Assembly: GCA_021296415.1 (NCBI GenBank)
Contig: JAGWAL010000001.1
Location: forward strand, 16,720-80,719
Length of the DNA: 64,000 nt
Source of the DNA: Acidimicrobiia bacterium
GTDB taxonomy: Bacteria > Actinomycetota > Acidimicrobiia > Acidimicrobiales > CATQHL01
Reading direction: 5' to 3'
Each line of letters opens with the position of its first letter. Position 1 is the stretch's first letter. Shown in pieces: positions 28,875 to 38,841 of this stretch. The notes beneath the pieces are model-generated. The model was not told the DNA's origin. It made no database searches and was given only the letters and a program-made list of their open reading frames with translations. A program made the translations under genes and the position numbers.

Positions 28875-29845
28875 CGCGGCCGGCCCCGCGGCGGCTCGTC
28901 ACCCGCCTCGCTGCTGGCCTTGTCGTAGGCGTTGACGATGTCGGCGACGATGGGATGGCGCACGACGTCCCGGCTGGAGAGGTGGACGAAGCGCACCCCT
29001 TCGATCCCGCCCAGCAGGGTCTCCAGCCCGTCGAGCCCGCACCGCCCGCCGGGGACATCGACCTGCGTGACGTCGCCGGTGACGACGGCTCGAGAGTCGA
29101 ACCCGATACGGGTGAGGAACATCTTCATCTGCTCCGGCGTGGTGTTCTGCGCCTCGTCCAGGATGATGAAGCTGCGGTTCAACGTGCGGCCGCGCATGAA
29201 CGCCAGCGGGGCCACCTCGACGACCTCCTGCTCCAGCAGCCGCTGCACCCCGTTCATGTCCAGCATGTCGTAGAGGGCGTCGTAGAGCGGCCGCAGGTAC
29301 GGGTCGACCTTGGCCGCCACATCGCCGGGCAGGAATCCCAGTCGCTCGCCGGCCTCCACCGCCGGGCGGGTCAGGATGATGCGCTCGACCTCCTGGGCCT
29401 GCAGGGCGGCGATGCCCGAGGCGACCGCCAACCAGCTCTTGCCCGTGCCCGCGGGACCGATGGCGAAGGTCACGGTGGCCGAGCGGATTGCGTCCACGTA
29501 GGTCTTCTGCCCCCGTGATCGGGGTCGCACGGCCGCGCCGCGGGCGTGGCGCAGCACCTCGTCGCTCAGCACCTCGCTGGGGCTCTCGTCGGCGGCCACC
29601 AGGTCGATGACGTGCACGATCGCCCGCGAGTCCACGGGGTGGCCCTGCTGGACGAGCGTGATCAACTCCTCGAAGACCCGCGCCACGCTCCCCGCCTCGG
29701 AGCCGTTGAGGCTCACCTCGTTGCCGCGGACGTGGATGTCCGTCTGCGGGAAGGCCGCCTCGAGCAGGCGCAGGTGGCGGTCCGCCGGACCCAGCAGCCC
29801 GGGCAGCAGATGGTTGCCGGGGATCGTGACCCGAGCCCGGCTCAC
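28871..29845 (-). CDS. phoH: PhoH family ATPase
   Basis: [35 protein letters not shown]. Confidence 0.95.
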   Translation of the reverse strand: MSRARVTIPGNHLLPGLLGPADRHLRLLEAAFPQTDIHVRGNEVSLNGSEAGSVARVFEELITLVQQGHPVDSRAIVHVIDLVAADESPSEVLSDEVLRHARGAAVRPRSRGQKTYVDAIRSATVTFAIGPAGTGKSWLAVASGIAALQAQEVERIILTRPAVEAGERLGFLPGDVAAKVDPYLRPLYDALYDMLDMNGVQRLLEQEVVEVAPLAFMRGRTLNRSFIILDEAQNTTPEQMKMFLTRIGFDSRAVVTGDVTQVDVPGGRCGLDGLETLLGGIEGVRFVHLSSRDVVRHPIVADIVNAYDKASSEAGDEPPRGRPR

Positions 29846-29958
29846 GGATTGCTCAGCCGCGGGCGCCAACGCTGGGATGAACCGGTGACGGGGTTCCCGC
29901 CAGTAGTTCCGAGCGGGCGCACGCAGATGCGCCAACCGTGTCGAGGTATGGCAAGCGA

Positions 29959-30225
29959 CTAGCTCTCCGTTGAGAGCTCTTCCTCGCCGGAACTACTCGA
30001 CTGCGCGGGAATCGGATCGGGATAGAGATGCTTGAGAGTCCCCGGCTCGACGCGGGATTGCTCGATGAAGACGTCGACGTCGCTCGCCTTGAAGCGGAAG
30101 ACGCGCCCGAATCGGTAAGCCGGAAGCTGCCCGATGTCGACGAAGCGATAGATCGTCCTCGTCGTGAGGCCGAGGCGTCGCGCCGTGTCTTCTGTGCTGA
30201 GCCAATCGATTTCCGACTCTACCAT
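29959..30225 (-). CDS. small excisionase/BldC-like (HTH_17) DNA-binding protein
   Basis: WLSTEDTARRLGLTTRTIYRFVDIGQLPAYRFGRVFRFKASDV. Confidence 0.85.
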   Translation of the reverse strand: MVESEIDWLSTEDTARRLGLTTRTIYRFVDIGQLPAYRFGRVFRFKASDVDVFIEQSRVEPGTLKHLYPDPIPAQSSSSGEEELSTES

Positions 30226-30406
30226 TTTCGTGATCCTCACCCTTCTCGAAGAGATTCAGCCCCGGTGTGCGTCAACGGCGGGAACACCGAGAACGGGCGG
30301 CCGGCGCATCTCGCAACAGGTCGCCCGTCATCCGTCTCCAGATATCAACAGGAAAATGATAGCCGACCAGGCGACATCAATGGCAAGGAAGCGGATTCGG
30401 CTGGGC

Positions 30407-31411
30407 TCAGAGGACGCCGATGGCGTCGTCCGACGTTGTGACGTCGAGCAGGATCTTGCCGAAGTTGGCGTTCGATTCCATGTAGCGATGCGCCTCGGCC
30501 ACGTCCTCGATCGAGAATCGCCGGTCGATCACCGGCCGGAGGCGCCCGGTCTCGAACAGCGGCAGGACCTCGTCGGCGAATCTGCGGCTGAGGGCGATCT
30601 TCTCCTCGGCGGGGCGCGCCCGCAGCACGGTGCCGACGAGGCGGGCACGCTTGGCCATGAGACGGCGGAGCGCGATCGTCGCCTCGCCGCTGCCCAGCAG
30701 TCCCACCTGCACGATGGTGCCGCACGTGCGCAGCGCCGCCAGGTTCCTGTTGAGTTGCTCCCCGCCGACCACGTCGAGCACCACATCGGCACCTCGACCG
30801 GCCGTCAGGTCGCGCACCGCCTCGACGAAGTCCTCGGAGCGGTAGTCCACGGCCAGGTCCGCCCCGAGTTCGCGGCAGCCGGCCGTCTTGGCCGCCGAGG
30901 CGGTGGCCACCACCGTCGCCCCCAGCGCCTTGGCGATCTGGATGCCGGCCGTCCCCACACCCGAGCCCCCGCCGTGGACGATCGCGGTGCGGCCGGAGGT
31001 GAGCCCTCCCTGCACGACGAGAGCGTCCCACGCGGTGATCCAGACTTCGGGGATCGCCGCCGCGTCGGCGAGGGCCATTCCCTGCGGCGGCCGCAGTGCC
31101 ATGCGCTCGTGCACGACGACCTGCTCGGCGTAGCCGCCACCGCCCAGCAGGCTCATCACCGGGTCACCGGGGGCGAAGGCGGTGACCCGATCACCGGCTC
31201 CGACCACGCGGCCGGCACACTCCAGACCGAGGATCTCCACGTCGGCCCGCGGGCCGGCATACATGCCGCGGCGCTGCAGGAGGTCGGCCCGGTTCAGGGC
31301 TGTGGCAACCACCGCAACGAGCAACTCGTCGGGTCCGGGCACCGGCGCCGGCACCTCAATGATCCGCAGCACCTCGGGACCACCGTGCTCGGTCAGGACG
31401 ACTGCACGCAC
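30407..31411 (-). CDS. NAD(P)H-quinone oxidoreductase (PIG3/zeta-crystallin type)
   Basis: GGPEVL, ALNRADLLQR, HGGGSGVGT, NFGKILL. Confidence 0.92.
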   Translation of the reverse strand: MRAVVLTEHGGPEVLRIIEVPAPVPGPDELLVAVVATALNRADLLQRRGMYAGPRADVEILGLECAGRVVGAGDRVTAFAPGDPVMSLLGGGGYAEQVVVHERMALRPPQGMALADAAAIPEVWITAWDALVVQGGLTSGRTAIVHGGGSGVGTAGIQIAKALGATVVATASAAKTAGCRELGADLAVDYRSEDFVEAVRDLTAGRGADVVLDVVGGEQLNRNLAALRTCGTIVQVGLLGSGEATIALRRLMAKRARLVGTVLRARPAEEKIALSRRFADEVLPLFETGRLRPVIDRRFSIEDVAEAHRYMESNANFGKILLDVTTSDDAIGVL

Positions 31412-31448
31412 CCGCGCAACGCTACCCCGCCGGGATACGTCGCGGCCC

Positions 31449-32273
31449 CTATCCCGGCGGCTCCGGCCCGCCCGGACCGTCAGTCTCCCGTCCGTCGACC
31501 CGGATCAAACGGTGCAGCATGCGGACGGCGATCATCAGAAGGAGGCCCGCGAACAGGCCCGTCGACACCTGCGGGGAGATGATCCCCGCCAGCAGGGCAC
31601 CCCCGAACGCCGATGCCACGCCGCCGGCGCCGGTGAGCAGAGCCCCGCGCAGGTCGACGTTGCCGTGGCGCATGTTGCGCAGCGTCCCGACGACGGCGGT
31701 CGGCAGGATGACCAGCAGTGACGTCCCCTTGGCGGTGACGTCGGCGACCTCGAACAGCAGCACGAGCGCCGGGACGACGATGATGCCGCCGCCGATGCCG
31801 AGCAGACCGGCCAGCAGCCCGACGAGGAGGCCACAGCCGGCCAGGGCGAGACCGATCGCCGGTGTCAGCGAGAGCTCCCCCGTCCCGCCGGGCGGCCCCG
31901 CCAGCAGCCGGCCCGCCGTGACGCCCAGCAGTACCACGAAGGCCGCCTGGAGCGTCCGTAGCCTGATGCGGTTCAGCAGATCGGCGCCCGCCAGCACGCC
32001 CAGCCACGAACCCGAGAAGATCAGCAGCGCCGCCGGGACGTCGACCGAGCCGCTGAGCGCGTAGGCGGCGATCCCTGCGACGGCCAGCAACGCCGAGGTG
32101 GCGAGCGAGGTGCCGTGGGCGAGCCGTTGCGGCAGACCCCCGAGCAGCATGAGGCCGGGGGCGATGAGGATCCCGCCGCCGACGCCGAACAGCCCGGCGA
32201 TGAATCCGGCGACGACCCCGACCCCGGCGAGGAGCCACTTGTGCCGAGCGCCGTCGCCCGCGGCGTCGGTCAC
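31449..32273 (-). CDS. TauE/SafE family sulfite exporter
   Basis: Duplicated G(V/I)GGG..P / A.GTSL repeats, about eight transmembrane segments. Confidence 0.9.
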   Translation of the reverse strand: MTDAAGDGARHKWLLAGVGVVAGFIAGLFGVGGGILIAPGLMLLGGLPQRLAHGTSLATSALLAVAGIAAYALSGSVDVPAALLIFSGSWLGVLAGADLLNRIRLRTLQAAFVVLLGVTAGRLLAGPPGGTGELSLTPAIGLALAGCGLLVGLLAGLLGIGGGIIVVPALVLLFEVADVTAKGTSLLVILPTAVVGTLRNMRHGNVDLRGALLTGAGGVASAFGGALLAGIISPQVSTGLFAGLLLMIAVRMLHRLIRVDGRETDGPGGPEPPG

Positions 32274-33193
32274 GCGGGTGCGTCCGCGTCCCGGATGGTC
32301 TCGGGATTCGAGGTGTCCGGACGACCGGGGCGCGCCCCGCCCGCGTACTCGAAACCGAATCGCCCCTTGATGCAGAGGTGCCCCGAGGTCACCTCGTGAT
32401 CGGCCGGCGAGGTCACCCGGAAGATCTGATCATCCTGGGTGTGGAGTTCCAGGTTGCAGCCGACGCCGCAGTAGGGGCAGACCGTCGTCGTGACCGCCTG
32501 TGCCCCGGGGTCGAACTGCCCCGAGCGCCGCAGGTCGAATTCCCGGGTGAAGATGAGCGCGCCCGTGGGGCAGACCCCGATGCAGTTGCCGCAGTAGACG
32601 CAGGCCGACTCCGGCAGTTCCACGTCGAACTCCGTGGAGATGCGCGCCTCGAAGCCGCGCCCCGCCACGGCGATTGCGAAGGTGTGCTGTGCCTCGGTCC
32701 CGCAGGCGTCGACGCACTTGTAGCAGAGCACGCAGCGGTCGTAGTCCCGCACGTACAACTCGTCGTGGCGCCGCACCGGCTCGGAGACCCGTGCCCGGTC
32801 GGCCCCGTGCCGCTGGGGATCGGCGCCGTATTCCTCGAGCCAGCGCAGGATGTCCGCCTCGGCGCGGGAAAGGTCCACGGAGGAGGCCAGGAGCTCCAGG
32901 ACCATCCGGCGCGAGGCCCGGACGCGCTCGGAGTCGGTGCTGATGACCATCCCCTCCGTCACGCGGCGGGAGCACGCCGGAACCAGGGTGCGGGCACCCT
33001 CCAGTTCCACGACGCAGACCCGGCAGGCGTTCACCGGCGTGATCGTCGGCGCCCAGCAGATCGTCGGCACCTCCAACCCCGCGGCCTGGCAGACGTCCAG
33101 GATCGTCGCCCCCTCGGGAGCCGACCGTTCGACGCCGTTGACTTGCACGTCCACCTTCCGGCGAGGGAGACCGACCGGAACCGGGGTGCTCAT
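32270..33193 (-). CDS. Fe-S subunit of formate dehydrogenase (stand-alone N-terminal part of FdsA/NuoG)
   Basis: 2Fe-2S (ACRVCVVE...PAC), two CxxCxxCxxxC motifs, C-terminal TTVCPYCGVGC...LCIKGRFG (Molybdop_Fe4S4). Confidence 0.88.
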   Translation of the reverse strand: MSTPVPVGLPRRKVDVQVNGVERSAPEGATILDVCQAAGLEVPTICWAPTITPVNACRVCVVELEGARTLVPACSRRVTEGMVISTDSERVRASRRMVLELLASSVDLSRAEADILRWLEEYGADPQRHGADRARVSEPVRRHDELYVRDYDRCVLCYKCVDACGTEAQHTFAIAVAGRGFEARISTEFDVELPESACVYCGNCIGVCPTGALIFTREFDLRRSGQFDPGAQAVTTTVCPYCGVGCNLELHTQDDQIFRVTSPADHEVTSGHLCIKGRFGFEYAGGARPGRPDTSNPETIRDADAPA

Positions 33194-34977
33194 CGGCCGG
33201 TCCCGTTGCCCGAGGACGCGGGCGCGCCGGCGATGAGCCCCAGACGCAGCGCCGAGGTGACCGCCGAGGCGGCGGTGTGCCCGAGCCCGCAGATGGAGGC
33301 GTCCCCCATGACGCCCGCCAGGTCTTCCAGGAGCTCGCCGTCGTCCGGCAGCGCCGAGCCGTTGCGCAGGCGCACGATCGTCTCGTGCTGGCGGACCGTT
33401 CCCACGCGGCACGGCACACACTGGCCGCAGGACTCGTCGCGGAAGAACGAGGTGATCCGCTCGACGATGTCGCCGATGTCCACCGAGCGGTCGAACACCG
33501 TGACCGAGCCGGACCCCAGGGTGAGGCCGGCCATCCGGGAGTCCTCGAATGTCAGCGGCAGGTCCGTGGCGTCGGGAGACACGAACATGCCGGCCGCGCC
33601 GCCGAGCAGCACCGCGCCACCGGCGCCCGGTGCGCCGGCGAGCGCCAGCAACTCGTCGAGCCGCGTCCCGAAAGGCACCTCGTAGACACCGGGGTTCGCC
33701 ACGCTCCCGGCGATCGAGAAGAGCTTCGTCCCGGGGCTCTCGGCCGTGCCGACCCGGCGAAAGGCCTCCGCCCCCGCGTTGAGGATGACCGTGACGTTGT
33801 GGAGGGTCTCGACGTTGTTCACGACCGTGGGCCGGCCGAACAAGCCGGCCTCCGTCGGGAACGGGGGCTTGGAGCGCGGCTCGCCGCGGTATCCCTCCAG
33901 CGAGTTGAACAGTGCCGTCTCCTCGCCGCAGATGTACGCCCCCGCCCCCCGCCGGACCTCGATGTCGAAGTCGAGGCCGCTGCCCGCCACGTCGGAGCCG
34001 AGAAGGCCCCGGTGGCGGGCCCGGTCGATGGCGTGCGCAACCCGCTCCTCGGCCTCGGGGTACTCACCTCTGATGTAGACGTAGCCCCGCGTGGCGCCGA
34101 CGGCCGCCGCGGCGATCGTCATCGATTCGACCAGGGCGTACGGATCGCCTTCCATCAGCACGCGGTCCTTGAACGTCCCGGGCTCGGACTCGTCGGCGTT
34201 GCAGACCACGTAGCGCTCCCGGCGCGCCGAAGCCGCCACCGCCCGCCATTTCACCCCGGTCGGGAAGGCCGCCCCTCCCCTACCGCGGAGCCCGGAATCG
34301 GCGATCTCGCGAAGAACCGCGTCCGGCCCGACCGCCAGCGCCGTCCGCAGGGCGCCATAGCCGCCGTGCGCCCGGTAGTCCTCCAGGCTGGCCGGATCCA
34401 CGACCCCAATACGCCCGGTGAGCCAGGCGGGGCCGGCGGCCAGCACGCGGGGCGAGGCGGGTTCGGTTCCCGCGGTGGCGAGAGCGTCGGCGACGGACCC
34501 CACTGCCCTCCAGCGAGCCGCCTCGGCCCCCGAGCGCTGCACGAACAGGGCAGGAGCCCGATCACACTGGCCGAGGCAGGGGCTGGGATGCACCCCGACC
34601 GATTCGCCGGCCGCGTGCGCGGCGTGCGCGGCGGCGGGATCCCGGTAGTCGGGATGGACGCGGCAGGCGATGTCGTCGCAGGCGTGGACGACGGTTGCGG
34701 GACCCGCCTCGGTGCGCAGCAGCGCGTAGAACGTGGCGACGCCGAACGCCTCGGCGCGCGGCACCTCGAGGCGCGCGCACAGCTCCCCCAGCGCCTCCGG
34801 GCTGATCCATCCCACCCCGTCCTGGAGCGCGTGCAGCGCCGGCAGCAGCAGGTGCCGGCGGTCGGGCCCGCGCCGGATCACCCGGGCATCGACGGTGTCG
34901 TGGCGAAGCCCGACAGCCGCGTCCAGGACACGCACCTCCGCCGGCGTCGGCGCGTCGAGGGACGATCTCGACTCCAT
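33190..34977 (-). CDS. NuoE-NuoF fusion (FdsG/FdsB-like NADH/FMN-binding subunit)
   Basis: LLPALHALQ..GWI, ATFY, GRGGAAFPTG.KW, NADESEPGTFKDR, GAGAYICGEET, ESCGQCVPCR. Confidence 0.92.
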   Translation of the reverse strand: MESRSSLDAPTPAEVRVLDAAVGLRHDTVDARVIRRGPDRRHLLLPALHALQDGVGWISPEALGELCARLEVPRAEAFGVATFYALLRTEAGPATVVHACDDIACRVHPDYRDPAAAHAAHAAGESVGVHPSPCLGQCDRAPALFVQRSGAEAARWRAVGSVADALATAGTEPASPRVLAAGPAWLTGRIGVVDPASLEDYRAHGGYGALRTALAVGPDAVLREIADSGLRGRGGAAFPTGVKWRAVAASARRERYVVCNADESEPGTFKDRVLMEGDPYALVESMTIAAAAVGATRGYVYIRGEYPEAEERVAHAIDRARHRGLLGSDVAGSGLDFDIEVRRGAGAYICGEETALFNSLEGYRGEPRSKPPFPTEAGLFGRPTVVNNVETLHNVTVILNAGAEAFRRVGTAESPGTKLFSIAGSVANPGVYEVPFGTRLDELLALAGAPGAGGAVLLGGAAGMFVSPDATDLPLTFEDSRMAGLTLGSGSVTVFDRSVDIGDIVERITSFFRDESCGQCVPCRVGTVRQHETIVRLRNGSALPDDGELLEDLAGVMGDASICGLGHTAASAVTSALRLGLIAGAPASSGNGTGR

Positions 34978-35044
34978 CGTGCCAGCCTAGGAGTGCGGCT
35001 GAGTGTCGCAGAGTCGGCCCCGCGACGCCGCCCGGGAATCCCTC

Positions 35045-37429
35045 TCAGGCTGTCGAATGCGCGCGCAGTAGTTCGCGGAGGCGCGACGGGCTGAGGTTGG
35101 CCTGTGTGATCGGCACGCCAAGCGGCGCCAAGGCGTCGTGCACGGCCGCGGCGAGCGCCGCCGGCGTCACGATGATGGCCCCCTCGCCGGCACCGCGGAA
35201 GCCGCCGATCAACTCCGAGGGCGTCTCCCGGTGCACGATGCGCGGCCGAACCACATCACCGAAGGCGGGGATCATGTAGTCCAGGAGCGTCGAGGTCTGC
35301 GGCTGACCGTTCTCGTCGTAGTGGATCTCCTCGAAGAACGTCTGCCCCACCGCCTGCGCGACCGCGCCGTGGATCTGCCCGTCCAGCAGCACGCGGTCGA
35401 TCACGGTCCCGCAATCGTGCACGATGGTGAGGTCGCTCACCGTCACGACCCCGGTCGCCGGGTCGACCTCGACGACAGCGGCTGCGGCGGCCGTGGAATA
35501 GGTGGCGGCCACGTTGAGCTTGCCGCGCTCATCGGGGAAGGGGCTGGTGTTGCCCGGGTCGTAACCCACCACGACCGACAATCCCGGATCCATGCCCGGC
35601 GGAAGCAGGAAGGTGTGGAGATAGGCCGCGGCGGCGATCTGCCCGAACGGGATCGCCGCCTCCCCCAGGCGGAAGAAGCCGTCGCTCGCCTCGATCTGAT
35701 CGGCGGGCGCTTCCAGCAACCCGGCGGCGATGGCCGCCATCTTGTCGCGCACCTGCCGGGCCGCCTTGATGACCGCTCCACCGCCCATGACCGCCGAGCG
35801 GCTCCCCCACGTGCCGATGCCGTAGGGCAGCGCGGCGGTGTCACCGTCGCTCACCGCCACGTCGTCGGGGCTGATGCCCAGCACATCGGCGGCGACTTTG
35901 GCGTAGATGGTCTCGTGGCCCTGGCCCTGGGACTTGGTGCCGACGGCCACGTTGACCCTGCCGTCGGGCTGCACGGTCAGCATGGCCATCTCGTAGCCGC
36001 CGAAGCGTCCCGCGAGGGCATGGATGTTGGGCGCCGTTGGCTCGACCATCTGGGCGATGCCCACGCCGACGAGACGGCCTTCCGCCCGTGCCTCGTCGCG
36101 GGCCCCGCAGGCGGCGTCGTAGTCCGCTGCCTCCAGCAACTCCGAGAGTTGCTCATCGAAGCTGCCGGTGTCGAGGACCGCGCCGGTCGCCGTCACGTAG
36201 GGCCGGGGCTCGTCGGGGATCATGTTCCGCCGGCGCATCGTCACCGGGTCGATGTCGAGCCTCTCCCCCACCAGGTCCAGGACCCGCTCCATGAGGAAGA
36301 TGCCCTGCGGCTGGCCGTAGCCGCGGTAGCCGCCCATCGGGCACTTGTTGGTGGCCACGCAGCGCAACTCGAAGGCGTAGTCCTGCAGGTCGTAGCAGTT
36401 CGGCACGACGCCCGTGGTGACGATCGCCGGCGCGCAGCCCAGGATGTACAACTCCGGCGACCCGACGTCCACGACGAAGTTGGCACGCAGCCCCAGCACC
36501 CGGCCGTCATTGCGGTAGGCCACCTCCACCTCGTGGACCTGTTCGCGGGAGTGCAGGCCGGCGAGGAGGTTCTCCGTGCGGTCCTGCTGCCAGACCACGG
36601 GATGGCGCACCCGCATTGCGAGCACCGCCACCAGCGCCTCCTCGCGCATGAAGTGCGCCTTGTTCCCGAAGCCCCCTCCCATGTCCGGTGCGACGACGCG
36701 AATCTTGGCCTCGCTCAGCCCCGTTATGTCCGAGATCACCGTGCGCAGCGTGTGCGGGACCTGCGTCGACACGTGCATCTCCAGGCGTCCCGTCGACGGG
36801 TCGAACTCGCCGAGCGCGCCGTGGCCCTCCATTGGTAGGCCGGAGACGCGGTGATGCGTGAACCGCTCCCGGAGCTCCCCGTCGGCGTCGGCGAACGCCG
36901 CCTCGACGTCGCCATGGGCGCCCGGCATGTACAGGAAGACGTTGTCGCCCCAGTCCTCGTAGAGCAGCGGGGCCTCGGCCTCCAGACCGGCCTTGGCGTC
37001 GCTGACCGCCGGCAGCTCCTCGTAGTCCACCTCGATGAGTTCGAGGGCGTCCTCGGCGATGTAACGGCTGTCGGCCACGACGGCGGCGACCGGCTCGCCC
37101 ACGAACCGGGCCTTGTCGGTGGCGAGCACCGACCAGGTGATCTGGCGCAGCGTCGGGATCATGGGGAGGTGGTGGCTGAACTCTCCGGTGTCGGCCGCCA
37201 GCTCGGCGCCGGTGAACACCCCGATCACGCCGGGCACGGTCATGGCGCCCGAGACGTCCACGTCGCGGATCCGGGCGTGGGCCAGCGGGCTGCGCAGGAT
37301 GGCGATGTGCTTGAGGTCGGGTCGCTGGACGTCACCCAGATACTCCCCCCGGCCGCACAGCAGACGCGTGTCCTCGTGACGCCGCGTGCCGGTCTGCGCG
37401 GGCGCCCGGGGCGGGGCGGCAACGCTCAC
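35045..37429 (-). CDS. xanthine dehydrogenase/CoxL-family molybdopterin large subunit
   Basis: RRHEDTRLL.G, GGGFGNK, GGYRGYG, QGQGHET, GSRS, GFRGAGE. Confidence 0.92.
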   Translation of the reverse strand: MSVAAPPRAPAQTGTRRHEDTRLLCGRGEYLGDVQRPDLKHIAILRSPLAHARIRDVDVSGAMTVPGVIGVFTGAELAADTGEFSHHLPMIPTLRQITWSVLATDKARFVGEPVAAVVADSRYIAEDALELIEVDYEELPAVSDAKAGLEAEAPLLYEDWGDNVFLYMPGAHGDVEAAFADADGELRERFTHHRVSGLPMEGHGALGEFDPSTGRLEMHVSTQVPHTLRTVISDITGLSEAKIRVVAPDMGGGFGNKAHFMREEALVAVLAMRVRHPVVWQQDRTENLLAGLHSREQVHEVEVAYRNDGRVLGLRANFVVDVGSPELYILGCAPAIVTTGVVPNCYDLQDYAFELRCVATNKCPMGGYRGYGQPQGIFLMERVLDLVGERLDIDPVTMRRRNMIPDEPRPYVTATGAVLDTGSFDEQLSELLEAADYDAACGARDEARAEGRLVGVGIAQMVEPTAPNIHALAGRFGGYEMAMLTVQPDGRVNVAVGTKSQGQGHETIYAKVAADVLGISPDDVAVSDGDTAALPYGIGTWGSRSAVMGGGAVIKAARQVRDKMAAIAAGLLEAPADQIEASDGFFRLGEAAIPFGQIAAAAYLHTFLLPPGMDPGLSVVVGYDPGNTSPFPDERGKLNVAATYSTAAAAAVVEVDPATGVVTVSDLTIVHDCGTVIDRVLLDGQIHGAVAQAVGQTFFEEIHYDENGQPQTSTLLDYMIPAFGDVVRPRIVHRETPSELIGGFRGAGEGAIIVTPAALAAAVHDALAPLGVPITQANLSPSRLRELLRAHSTA

Positions 37430-37899
37430 GACGGAGCCTCCCCCGTCCCGGCGAGGGATTCCAGCGCGCTGACGATGTTGACGTAGCCGGTGCAGCGGCA
37501 GAGGTTGCCCGACATCCACTCCTCGATCCGATCCCGGCTGGGGTGCGGGTCCGTCTCGAACAGCTCCAGCGCCGTTAGGACCATGCCTGGGGTGCAGAAG
37601 CCGCACTGCAGGCCGTGGTGCTGCGACAGGGCCTGCTGGATGGGGTGCAGCGCCCCCGGCGAGCCGACCCCCTCGATGGTGCGCACCTCGGTGCCGCTCG
37701 CCTGAACGGTGAACATGAGACACGACCGCACGCCGCTGCCGTCCACCAGGACCGTGCAGGCGCCGCAGGCTCCCTGCTCGCAGCCGGCGTGCGCCCCCTT
37801 GGCGGCCAAGCGGTCCCGCAGGGTGTCCAGCAGCAACTCGCGCGGCTCGACGTCGACTTCGGCGGACTCACCATTGAGCGAGAACCGGACGGATGTCAT
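37426..37899 (-). CDS. CoxS-like 2x[2Fe-2S] small subunit
   Basis: GCEQGACGACTV, QCGFCTPG, GNLCRCTGY. Confidence 0.95.
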   Translation of the reverse strand: MTSVRFSLNGESAEVDVEPRELLLDTLRDRLAAKGAHAGCEQGACGACTVLVDGSGVRSCLMFTVQASGTEVRTIEGVGSPGALHPIQQALSQHHGLQCGFCTPGMVLTALELFETDPHPSRDRIEEWMSGNLCRCTGYVNIVSALESLAGTGEAPS

Positions 37900-37950
37900 G
37901 CCCTGCCACTCCTCATTCCGAACCTCCTGTTCACGATCGGCCGGCGCCCC

Positions 37951-38841
37951 TCACCCGCCGGGGTCCCGGCGCGCCGCGCCCGCCTTCTGCCATGCCCTGC
38001 GCACGGCGTCGGCGGCGAGCACGGCGGCGAGATCGCGGCGGTAGTCCTTCGAACCGTGCACGTCGCCGGGAGGATCCGACGCCGCCGCCACTCGCTTCCC
38101 CAGTTCCCGGGCTGCGCCGTCGCCCAGTTCGGACTCGCCGAGCAGGAACTCCCCCGCCGCACTGAGATCCACCGGGGTCGGGCCGAGCCCGCATCCGGCG
38201 ATTCGCAGCGACTCGCAGGTCCCGGAGGCGTCACGATGGACGATGACGGCCACACCCGCGGTTGCGAAATCACCGTGGCGGCGGACGAACTCCGAGAAGG
38301 CGCCGCCGTCGCCGTCGGTGTGGGCGGGGACCTCGACCGCGGTCAGAAGTTCGGTCGGGTCGAGGCTCGTGGTGAAGGGTCCCGCGAACAACTCGGCGGC
38401 GGGAATGGCCCGCTCGCGTCCGGTGCCGCTGGCGATCACGCGCCCGTCCAGCGCCACGAGCAGCGCCGGCAACTCGGCCACGGGATCCGCATGAGCGATG
38501 CTGCCGCCGAGCGTGCCCCGATTGCGGATGTGCACATGACCGATGAGAGCGGCGGTCTCGGCAAAGATCGGTGCCTTCTGGTGCACCAGCGGGTCGGTCT
38601 CCAGGAAGCGATGGCGGCACATGGCGCCGAATCGCAGCGTGCCGTTGCGGCCCCCGAAACCCACCAGGTCCCGCACGCCGTTCACGTCCACGAGCAGCCT
38701 CGGGCGCGCCAGGCGCAGGTTCATCAGCGGCACCAGGCTCTGCCCGCCGGCCAGTATCCGGGCGTCCTCGGTCTGGGCAAGGGCCTCGGTGGCTTCGGCG
38801 ACCGACCGGACGGCGACGTAGTCGAACCGCGGGGGCTTCAT
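37951..38841 (-). CDS. CoxM-like FAD-binding medium subunit
   Basis: MKPPRFDY, LAGGQSLVP, IRNRGTLGGS.AHADP. Confidence 0.95.
   Translation of the reverse strand: MKPPRFDYVAVRSVAEATEALAQTEDARILAGGQSLVPLMNLRLARPRLLVDVNGVRDLVGFGGRNGTLRFGAMCRHRFLETDPLVHQKAPIFAETAALIGHVHIRNRGTLGGSIAHADPVAELPALLVALDGRVIASGTGRERAIPAAELFAGPFTTSLDPTELLTAVEVPAHTDGDGGAFSEFVRRHGDFATAGVAVIVHRDASGTCESLRIAGCGLGPTPVDLSAAGEFLLGESELGDGAARELGKRVAAASDPPGDVHGSKDYRRDLAAVLAADAVRRAWQKAGAARRDPGG

Noticed and set aside
29959..30225. Prophage or ICE excisionase
   Set aside because: No integrase, att repeat or phage gene nearby; the flanks are housekeeping genes.
32270..34977. Complex I (nuo) or [FeFe]-hydrogenase genes
   Set aside because: No other nuo genes and no H-cluster motifs; the C-terminal CPYCGVGC segment matches FDH.
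35045..38841. Aerobic CO dehydrogenase (coxMSL)
   Set aside because: The active-site loop reads GGYRGYG, not the form I AYxCSFR, and there are no coxDEFG genes; better called an XDH-family hydroxylase.
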